From Candidatus Liptonbacteria bacterium (lineage in GTDB: Bacteria > Patescibacteriota > Minisyncoccia > UBA6257 > 2-01-FULL-56-20), in contig VGJV01000005.1 of assembly GCA_016867315.1 (NCBI GenBank), positions 1 through 54,782 on the forward strand: 54,782 bases of DNA. The letters are read 5' to 3'. Below are positions 47,430 to 54,782 of this stretch, piece by piece. Position numbers and translations under genes: made by a program. Numbering within the stretch: position 1 is the stretch's first letter; every line of letters starts with the position of its first letter. The notes below the pieces were generated by a model, which was not told the origin of the DNA, searched no databases, and saw only the letters and a program-made list of their open reading frames with translations.

Positions 47430-48938
47430 TTACTGAGAGGGATAAAGGACTCCCGGGAAAATACTCCCTCCGGAAGTTACTCCTTGGGTTGTAGACGTTG
47501 CACTGGCAGCCGTGACAATAAAAGTTTTACTGTTTGAAGATTCGGCCGCCCAGGAATCTACAAAAATCTCATATGCTCCTGACGTAAGTCCGGCAGGGAC
47601 TGCGACTACCACCGAACTCCCATCCCTTCCCGAAGCCAGTTCCATCTTCGACAGCCCATTCCCCACAAATAAAACCCGAGTCGGTATTGCAATATCCCTC
47701 GAAAAGTTATTTCCTCGAAGCGTAAGTCGCGCTCCTACTGAACCGGAAGCAGGTTCTATTGCGAGAAGCTCGGGAATAGGAAGCGAAGCCATCACCCACA
47801 CATCTTGGCCTGCCGTCGGAGAACACCCTATGGTTTGGAGCGATACTTTATTCGAGGCAACACAACCCGCAAGGGTAGTGGGAGCAAACTTCCCCCCTAA
47901 TACTGCGCCTGATCGAACGGTGGCGGTCACTACCACATTTGCGGCCCCCCCATGATTAATAACAACGGGAACTACTCCCGAAAAGGAATATGATTCCCCT
48001 CCCTGGAGAGAAGCATACTTAGCTCCGAAACTCTGCCCATCGACTAAAACTTGCAAATCTTGAAATTCTGATGCGTTCTCCCCTATGCGAATGGCGATAG
48101 AATTCACGACGACTGGCTGCCCCACAAAATTCTCCAATCTGAATTTGCCGAGAGGAAGATTGGGAGTCCCTATTGGAGCAGGAAATGTTTCGTTCACCGC
48201 CTTTTTAGCCAAAAGGTCTCGCGCAAGGGCAGGAGCTACGCCTCCCGAACCCAGAGAATTTCCGGAGGATGTGGAAGTATCTTGGGAAGTCCCTAGATAA
48301 AGCACTCCGGGAGATTCTGGTGGCGCAGGTGGCGCGGCAGGATAAAGCACTCCCGGGAACGGACTCTGCGACGAAACTCGAGAGGAGCTTGAAGTTCCCG
48401 GGGAAGAAGACAGGGAGCTGGTCGCCTGACTCCCCGGCTGATTCGCGCAACCATATAACTGATGCAACTTTGCACGCGTCTTTGCTCCCACATATCCCGT
48501 TCCCCTTCCCAACCCTGCGGGAGCAAGAATCTCCGAGGCATACTTTTCCTGAAAGGAGGTCACCCCCGCCGCAACGGTTTCAGTGTATATATACTCTTCC
48601 GTCCCAGGAGTAAGAATAGTGCTTGAAGCAAAAATCTTTTCCGCGATAAGTGCTCTTACTAAGGCCTTTGTATCTGCTCCAACATTCGAACTTTCGATCC
48701 CAAAGTTTTTTCCCCAAACATGACAAAATGCAGCTCCTCCTTGAGGCTGAGTTTTAAGAAGCCGCTGATTAAGTTCCTGCACTTGCCTTTGAAGACTCTG
48801 AAGGAGGATTTGCAAAGCCCCTATATCCGAAGGCAATCCTGCAGTTTGTGCAAATATACTCGAAGGCAAGATAAGAAAAAATGCCCCTGCGACGACGAAC
48901 GCGGTTACCGCAATCCTCCCTAAATAAAAATGGTTCAT
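47430..48938 (-). CDS. Secreted modular surface protein (coiled coil, PG-binding-like segment, Ig-like and IPT/TIG domains)
   Basis: Signal peptide, FQEKYASEIL...GTGYVGAKTRAKL, Ser/Pro linker, EPASGSVGARLTLRGNNF. Confidence 0.75.
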   Translation of the reverse strand: MNHFYLGRIAVTAFVVAGAFFLILPSSIFAQTAGLPSDIGALQILLQSLQRQVQELNQRLLKTQPQGGAAFCHVWGKNFGIESSNVGADTKALVRALIAEKIFASSTILTPGTEEYIYTETVAAGVTSFQEKYASEILAPAGLGRGTGYVGAKTRAKLHQLYGCANQPGSQATSSLSSSPGTSSSSRVSSQSPFPGVLYPAAPPAPPESPGVLYLGTSQDTSTSSGNSLGSGGVAPALARDLLAKKAVNETFPAPIGTPNLPLGKFRLENFVGQPVVVNSIAIRIGENASEFQDLQVLVDGQSFGAKYASLQGGESYSFSGVVPVVINHGGAANVVVTATVRSGAVLGGKFAPTTLAGCVASNKVSLQTIGCSPTAGQDVWVMASLPIPELLAIEPASGSVGARLTLRGNNFSRDIAIPTRVLFVGNGLSKMELASGRDGSSVVVAVPAGLTSGAYEIFVDSWAAESSNSKTFIVTAASATSTTQGVTSGGSIFPGVLYPSQ

Positions 48939-48999
48939 AGTGTAAAAACTATACCATGTTCCTGCCAGTAAATATCCCCAAACCTGCTATACTGCAACA

Positions 49000-49746
49000 A
49001 TGCCCAAGGGGGGAAAAAGCGTCCTCGCCATCCCAACATACAACGAAAGGGAAAGTGTAGGCATCCTACTTCCATTGATTAAGAAGCTCTACCCTTCCTT
49101 AACCATTTTGATCGTTGACGATAATTCTCCGGATGGGACGGGGGAAGAAATAAAAAATCTACAGGCGCAATATCAAGGGATCATTCTGCTCTCCCGCCCC
49201 TCCAAAATAGGCCTGGCCTCTGCCTATCTTGCCGCATTTCAAACCCTTTTACAGGACCCCACCGTACAATGCGTGATTACAATGGACGCAGATTTCTCAC
49301 ACGATCCCGAAGCAATTACCTCATTCCTGGAAGAAATAAACAGGGGCAATGACGTGGTAATTGGATCACGATATGCCGCACACGGCCGCACAGAAAACTG
49401 GAATTGGAAAAGACGGATGTTGAGCAAATATGCGAATATATACGCGAGAACCATCACTGGCCTTCCTATACACGACCTCACCACGGGGTTTGTCGCCTAT
49501 CGTCGCAATATACTCGAGCAAATTGTAACGAATGGATTTTCGCATGAAGGATATGCGTTTCAAATAGAAGCGAAGTGGCTTGCGCATGCGCGGGGCGCGA
49601 GAATTGTCGAGATTCCGATAATATTTAGAGAACGGCAAAACGGAGTCTCTAAAATGAGCGGCGAGATCATGATGGAAGGCATTGTCGCTCCTTGGCGGTT
49701 GCGCTTCCGAAAAAAATTGGAAAGTAAGCTGCAGCTAAATGCATGA
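49000..49746 (+). CDS. Polyprenol-phosphate mannose synthase-like GT2 glycosyltransferase
   Basis: IPTYNERE, VDDNSPDGTG, GLASAY, MDADFSHDP, GSRY, HDLTTGF..YRR, GYAFQIE, SKMS. Confidence 0.9.
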   Translation: MPKGGKSVLAIPTYNERESVGILLPLIKKLYPSLTILIVDDNSPDGTGEEIKNLQAQYQGIILLSRPSKIGLASAYLAAFQTLLQDPTVQCVITMDADFSHDPEAITSFLEEINRGNDVVIGSRYAAHGRTENWNWKRRMLSKYANIYARTITGLPIHDLTTGFVAYRRNILEQIVTNGFSHEGYAFQIEAKWLAHARGARIVEIPIIFRERQNGVSKMSGEIMMEGIVAPWRLRFRKKLESKLQLNA

Positions 49747-51137
49747 AGATAATAAAAGCACAACTAAAAGCCGATCTCTTTCCCGCTTCTCGCAAAGGCT
49801 TGGGATGGCTCCTCGGCACAGGAATATGTTTTGCAGTAGGATTTGCAGCCAAAGGACTTCTATTAAATCCGCTGCGCTTCGAAGCCAGCGGCGGCGAATG
49901 GAACGGCTACCTTACTAATTACTTTTTCCCTTCGCTCTTCTCCGCCTTAACGCTCTGGCTCTGGATAGTGATACAGAAAACAAAAGAGTTGCCTCCTAAA
50001 ACTTTTTTGCTCTGGATAATGCTATTCGGCCTTCTTTTTGCGGGCATTGCGGCACTCTCCAATCCCACCATCCAAGATATCTATTGGAGCATGCTGCTTA
50101 CCAAAGGATGGGTTATGAGCAACCTGAATCCTTATCTCACCACTCCCAATATGCTCAGTGGTGATCCTTGGCTTGCTCCGTTTTTGGATTTCAAAGATTC
50201 CCCCATGATATACGGCCCGCTATGGGTATACCTCGTGGCCGGAGCAATATATGTCGGCAAGTCTTTTGCCGGTTCCCTATTTTTCATAAAACTCGTCATG
50301 CTGGCGATATTCTTGTGCATCGGAATTGTATTGCGCCGCATCATGCACATCCATCGTCTCTCCCCCCAAATGCAAAATATTCTGCTCCTCCTTCTCGCCT
50401 GGAATCCCTTCATACTCCAAACCCTGATCACCGACGCGCATAGCGACGCCCTGATCCTGCTCTCGATTCTTGTAAGCTATCTTTTCTTCAAGGAAAAGAA
50501 ATATGGCGCAAGTGCCGGAGTATTGCTTGTCGGAGGATTCGCGAAATACACCTCTCTTTTTCTCCTACCAATTCCTCTCTTTTACTTATTATGGAAATCA
50601 ACATTTTCTTTGCGGGAAAAAGCAGTGAGGCTTGGAGGAATAGTATTGCTCGCGTTAGGAATGGGCATCCTCCTCTACGCTCCTTTTGGGGGATTTGAAA
50701 CGGTGCTCGGAGGCGGAATGAGAAATGCTTTACTGGAACTAGGCTCGATCCCTTTTTCGCTGTTCCCCACCATGGCAATTGCTACCACGTTGAACTTCGA
50801 CACTTCTGCGATCCGCTTGCTGGGTCTGCTCGTGGGAATATTCCTGATGTGCTGGTACTTAAAAAAAGATAATTCTCTCCTTGCTTATTCCTTTCCTTTT
50901 CTCGGGATTTTTATTTTTGGAACTCCTTGGTTTCTGCCTTGGTACACAATGTGGATATTCCCGCTCCTGCTTTTAATTTTTTCCCCGCTCTCCATAATCC
51001 TTGTCTCCAGCCTGCTTATACTCACCCCAACCGTAATTTCGCCTCTTACGGGCTCTTACATAGTGGCTTCTATTTATATCGGATGGAAACTTCTCTCACC
51101 CCACGCTAACGCGCCAGCTCCCCGATTGACTGAATAA
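49743..51137 (+). CDS. GT-C polyprenol-phosphosugar-dependent glycosyltransferase, MptA/MptB-like
   Basis: SNLNPYLTTP, PMIYGPLW, AWNPF, AHSDA, KY, PWY; more than 10 TM helices. Confidence 0.7.
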   Translation: MKIIKAQLKADLFPASRKGLGWLLGTGICFAVGFAAKGLLLNPLRFEASGGEWNGYLTNYFFPSLFSALTLWLWIVIQKTKELPPKTFLLWIMLFGLLFAGIAALSNPTIQDIYWSMLLTKGWVMSNLNPYLTTPNMLSGDPWLAPFLDFKDSPMIYGPLWVYLVAGAIYVGKSFAGSLFFIKLVMLAIFLCIGIVLRRIMHIHRLSPQMQNILLLLLAWNPFILQTLITDAHSDALILLSILVSYLFFKEKKYGASAGVLLVGGFAKYTSLFLLPIPLFYLLWKSTFSLREKAVRLGGIVLLALGMGILLYAPFGGFETVLGGGMRNALLELGSIPFSLFPTMAIATTLNFDTSAIRLLGLLVGIFLMCWYLKKDNSLLAYSFPFLGIFIFGTPWFLPWYTMWIFPLLLLIFSPLSIILVSSLLILTPTVISPLTGSYIVASIYIGWKLLSPHANAPAPRLTE

Positions 51138-54100
51138 GCGTCTGCAAAGCGTGGAGCATATTTCCTAATTGAGAACTGCGGTAGTCATAGGTAGAAGGAT
51201 ACCCGTTCGTGGAAGGATACGTGGTGCCACCCGATGGATACGTTACTCCCGAAGAAGGATATGTCACTCCCGTGGAAGGATATGTGGTTCCCGTAGACGG
51301 GTATGTTGCTCCGCTTGATGGATAGGCAACTCCCGAAGAAGGATAGGTGGTTCCCGTCGAGGGATACGTGACTCCTCCCGAAGATGGATATGTGATGCCA
51401 CTCGTGGACGGGTAGGTGGTTCCGCTCGTAGAAGGATACGCACTCCCCTCCACAATCACACTTATCGAATCCGAACCAGTCATCGTCCCATAAGAATCAA
51501 AACACTTCAGGGTAAACACCATATTGGCATAAAGCGGAGCACTCGTATAAATCCCCGAAGTGGGGAGAGAAGAACTCGTCCAATTCGAAGAACAATAATT
51601 TGCCCCGGTGGACTCCCACGTAAGCGTAATTGGATTTCCAGAAATTACTGTCGCACTGAAACGCAAGCCGTTGGATTTAAGAGCCACCGGCACTCCTGAT
51701 GCGGAATATCCAGTGGTAGACGGATATGTTACTCCGCCTGCGGGATACGTGACTCCCCCAGAAGAGGGATACGTAACTCCGCCAGCCGAAGGATACGTCG
51801 TTCCGGGAGACGGGTATTTAGTACTAATTGACGGATATGTGGTTCCTGTCGACGGATAAGTCACGCTTCCAGTAGAAGGATATGACACTCCTCCGCTAGA
51901 TGGATAGGAAACTCCTATAGAAGAGTAAGGAGTACCGCTTGAAGGATAAGTCGCTCCCGTTGAGGGGTAAGTAGTCCCGGTTGAGGGGTAAGTAGTTTCC
52001 GTCGAAGGATACGTGGTTCCACCGGTTGGATAGGTAACACCGGAAGAGGGATACGTGACTCCGTTCTTACATTCATATCGCACCGTGGAAGAATTCAAGG
52101 CACAAGCCTGTCCCGCAGGGCAAGTTCCATAAATAAGGCCCCCGCAAACATACGCAGCCGTCGGGCCAGTCGAAGGATAGGTTGTCCCTGTAGAAGGGTA
52201 AGTGGTTCCTCCGGAGGGGTAAGTAGGGCCGCCAGTGGAAGGATACGTCGTGCCAGTCGAGGGATATGTAGTACCCGTAGAAGGATATGTTGTCCCGGCT
52301 GGGGGATAAGTTATTCCAGTCGACGGCCGAGTAGTCCCCGTGGACGGATAGGTAGTTCCTGCCGAAGGGTAGGTCACCCCGCCAGTAGAGGGATAAGTCG
52401 CCCCTCCGGAGGGGTAAGTAACTCCGCTCGTTGAAGGGTAAATAGTTCCAGTCGAAGGATATGTTGTTCCTGTAGATGGATAGGTCATACCTGTCGAGGG
52501 ATATGTACTACCTATGGAAGGATACGTTGTCCCGCTTGTGGGGTACATCACTCCAGCACCAGGGGTACCACTCGTAGTGGGGTAAGTAGCTCCTGTTGGA
52601 GGTTTAATTGCTCCAGTCCCAGTAGCCGGATAATTTGTACTTGTGGAAGGGTAAGTAACACTACCCGTGGGATAAGTGATTCCCGTCGAGGGACGAGTTA
52701 TTCCAGTAGACGGCTGCGCGGTTCCTTGGGGATACACCGCGCCGGTAGAATGCGTGGTGCCACTCGAGGAAGTTCCAGTCGACGCAGTTACCGTAATTGT
52801 TACCGGCACCTCCACGCTAAGCGCAGTATTCAAGGCATCACTTGCCCGAATCGAAGCCCGATACACGCCAGCTTGGGTAGGAGTCCCGCCAAGTTGGCCC
52901 GTAAACGCTCCAATTTTAGTAAGATTGATTCCGGGCGGGAGAGACCCAGAAGAAAGTGCCCAGTTAAAAGATCCCGAGAATCCAAATGCCGGATTACCCA
53001 CCAAGCCAAGCCGATAAGGAACTCCCACAGGAATGGTGACACTCACTGAAGTGGGCTCTACCACAGAAGAATGTTTCGTAGCGGTACCGCCGCCACCGCC
53101 CTCACCACCGCCAGTCGAAGGAGTCGCCCCAAGCGGCCGGTACGGCGGCGAAAGCCGCTGGTCGTCGCGGCCCGTTGCCGCCGACCCAGAGGTAATCGTC
53201 GGCGACGTCGGCTGGCCCGCGGTGCTGGTGATGGTGAACGGCGCGTCGCTATAATCAGTAACTGTCGTGCCATCTGAACGGGTTGCGATAACGTTCACCA
53301 CGTACCTTCCCGGAGGGGTAGCGGAGCCGGCAGACCACACGGTGGCGCGGTACTCGCCCGTATTCGGCAATCCCCCCGCGACATTCGTCGCCCCAGAAGC
53401 AGGGCATTGCGTGGTCTGGTCGCCCACCGTGCAGAAGTTAATGGTCACGCGCGAATTCTCAGCCGTGAGCCCTGTGGAGTTGCTCCATCGGACGAGAAGC
53501 GTCGGCGACGAAGCGCTCGGTGCGATGGTTTCCCCTCCGTTCGGCAAGAGGACGGTGATCGAGGGCTGGCTATTACTTCCGGGGCCAGTTACGGTAACGG
53601 GTCTGGTCTCAGCTCGAGTACCCCCATTCGGATCTTCTAAACCAAACTTAAGGGTATATGTGCCCGGAGCCGAATAGGAATGAGTGAACTGAGCGGAAGT
53701 CGTTCCTCCAAGAGAAGTCGCATTGCCGGTCCCTACGCTCGGAGTGGTGCCATCCCCCCAATAGGCGCCATACGTGAGCGAGGTCCCATCGAAATCCAAA
53801 CCAGATACTTGCCATGTTCCGACCTGTCCGACCGCTAAAGAAGTGGGTCCGCTGATAGAAACAAATTGTGGTAATCGATTCCCCGCGGTAGCCCCAGTGA
53901 TCGTGAATGGACGATCGCTAAAATCACGAGCAATCACTGATCCGTTCTGATCCGTCCACTCTGCGAGCAAGTAATACTCCCCCGTAGCAGTATCAGTACT
54001 AAATTCAGTAGTACCCGAAAATTCGTAAGGGTTCATAAAGGAAAAATCTCCTTCTGCCCCACTCACTTTCTCGAAATAGCCGGAACGCCACGTTGCATCG

Positions 54101-54782
54101 TTGCGAATAGTAAGATACACCCAATATTTTCCTACACCGGGGTTCTTGATAGACACCCGATAAGAAAGTGTATCCGAAGAATTACTCGGCCCTGCTTTCC
54201 GATACTGCCCACCCTCATTCGGCGAAAGGACGGTGATCGAAGGAGTTGAGGTTGATGTCCCAGTGCCCGCAGAACCTACTGTTATGGCAAGCGAGGCTTC
54301 ATTGTTATCCTCCCGAGATTCTGCAATCTTATTTAAGGGGTCCACTTTCACCTTCAAAGTCTTTACACCAGGTGTCGAGAATATGAAATCAGACACTGAT
54401 AAACAGGAAGTGCCGGGAGCAAGCGACGGCTCGCCCGCACAAGTATTTCCCTCGGAAAATGGGACTAAGTAGGAAAATCCACCGCTTTGATCAAGGTAAC
54501 TGTAAGCCGAGGACACTGTGCGAGAGCCGGTCCCGCGATTTGCAATCGTGAAGACAATGCGGGTTTTCTGGCCCACACTCACCGCCTTTTCATTCTGGTA
54601 CATGCCCTCTATTACCAAATCGGGCGCATCTCCGGAAGCTCCGCCCGGTGCGGCAATGGTGAATGTCCTATCACTTTCGTCTCCTTGTGCTTTTCCGGCG
54701 ATTATATCGCTCGCAACTTGATCAGAATCCACTCCCGCAGTGGCGATAACCGTCGCAATTCTGTATCCCATGCCGGGAGTAA
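51106..54782 (-). CDS. Giant modular surface protein (CARDB-, PKD- and Ig-like domains plus ~49 Y-P-[ST] repeats); 5' end lies outside the window
   Basis: Frame open to the right edge; PDLVIEGM...VDPLNKIAESREDNN (CARDB-like), WGDG..FTHSYSAPGTY (PKD-like), PSITVxxPNGGE modules. Confidence 0.88.
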   Translation of the reverse strand, partial: TPGMGYRIATVIATAGVDSDQVASDIIAGKAQGDESDRTFTIAAPGGASGDAPDLVIEGMYQNEKAVSVGQKTRIVFTIANRGTGSRTVSSAYSYLDQSGGFSYLVPFSEGNTCAGEPSLAPGTSCLSVSDFIFSTPGVKTLKVKVDPLNKIAESREDNNEASLAITVGSAGTGTSTSTPSITVLSPNEGGQYRKAGPSNSSDTLSYRVSIKNPGVGKYWVYLTIRNDATWRSGYFEKVSGAEGDFSFMNPYEFSGTTEFSTDTATGEYYLLAEWTDQNGSVIARDFSDRPFTITGATAGNRLPQFVSISGPTSLAVGQVGTWQVSGLDFDGTSLTYGAYWGDGTTPSVGTGNATSLGGTTSAQFTHSYSAPGTYTLKFGLEDPNGGTRAETRPVTVTGPGSNSQPSITVLLPNGGETIAPSASSPTLLVRWSNSTGLTAENSRVTINFCTVGDQTTQCPASGATNVAGGLPNTGEYRATVWSAGSATPPGRYVVNVIATRSDGTTVTDYSDAPFTITSTAGQPTSPTITSGSAATGRDDQRLSPPYRPLGATPSTGGGEGGGGGTATKHSSVVEPTSVSVTIPVGVPYRLGLVGNPAFGFSGSFNWALSSGSLPPGINLTKIGAFTGQLGGTPTQAGVYRASIRASDALNTALSVEVPVTITVTASTGTSSSGTTHSTGAVYPQGTAQPSTGITRPSTGITYPTGSVTYPSTSTNYPATGTGAIKPPTGATYPTTSGTPGAGVMYPTSGTTYPSIGSTYPSTGMTYPSTGTTYPSTGTIYPSTSGVTYPSGGATYPSTGGVTYPSAGTTYPSTGTTRPSTGITYPPAGTTYPSTGTTYPSTGTTYPSTGGPTYPSGGTTYPSTGTTYPSTGPTAAYVCGGLIYGTCPAGQACALNSSTVRYECKNGVTYPSSGVTYPTGGTTYPSTETTYPSTGTTYPSTGATYPSSGTPYSSIGVSYPSSGGVSYPSTGSVTYPSTGTTYPSISTKYPSPGTTYPSAGGVTYPSSGGVTYPAGGVTYPSTTGYSASGVPVALKSNGLRFSATVISGNPITLTWESTGANYCSSNWTSSSLPTSGIYTSAPLYANMVFTLKCFDSYGTMTGSDSISVIVEGSAYPSTSGTTYPSTSGITYPSSGGVTYPSTGTTYPSSGVAYPSSGATYPSTGTTYPSTGVTYPSSGVTYPSGGTTYPSTNGYPSTYDYRSSQLGNMLHALQTLIQSIGELAR
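51187..52750 (-). repeat. Three blocks of 21/24-bp coding repeats (TYPSTGT-type 7-8 aa units)
   Basis: About 49 YP units counted by hand in blocks at roughly 52160-52750, 51715-52050 and 51187-51440. Confidence 0.9.

Noticed and set aside
51187-52750. CRISPR array
   Set aside because: The repeats are in-frame degenerate coding units without unique spacers, and there are no cas genes; the heptamer tracts also lack spacers.

Overview
Chromosomal window from a Patescibacteria (CPR) bacterium, most likely Parcubacteria/OD1-type. The assignment rests on a divergent stand-alone 16S rRNA gene, streamlined housekeeping proteins and typical CPR hypothetical families; TGA is used as a stop, so the code is standard table 11. 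Layout: (i) a low-GC accessory island at 1-~2850 (XRE regulator, HAD hydrolase, membrane protein, 5'-truncated gene, long imperfect hairpins); (ii) core genes rplS, 16S rRNA, rpmE, prfA, adk-like, aspS, rnpB, RNase H1, pgk, ndh-like, ddl, rplU, galT, mrdA-mreD-mreC-mreB, proS; (iii) a putative GlcNAc-salvage cluster (NahK-like kinase, PfkB kinase, uridyltransferase-only GlmU, YvcK); (iv) six co-oriented ~565-595 aa Cys-rich paralogs of unknown function in three sub-clusters (21.3-41.9 kb) plus a relic of a seventh 3' end; (v) a glycosylation/surface block (Ppm1-like, MptB-like, a giant secreted protein with ~49 Y-P-S/T heptad-like repeats) running off the right end. The most striking non-coding signals are: a pervasive family of degenerate 7-bp tandem repeats found in spacers, in hairpins, in frame inside genes and inside a 16S rRNA insertion; loss of the 16S anti-Shine-Dalgarno tail together with widespread leaderless-type promoters; several perfect palindromes of 32-46 bp; and short relic gene ends capped by palindromic elements. 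No CRISPR array, tRNA, transposase, integrase or reverse transcriptase was found. All calls are from reading the sequence only; no database search was run.
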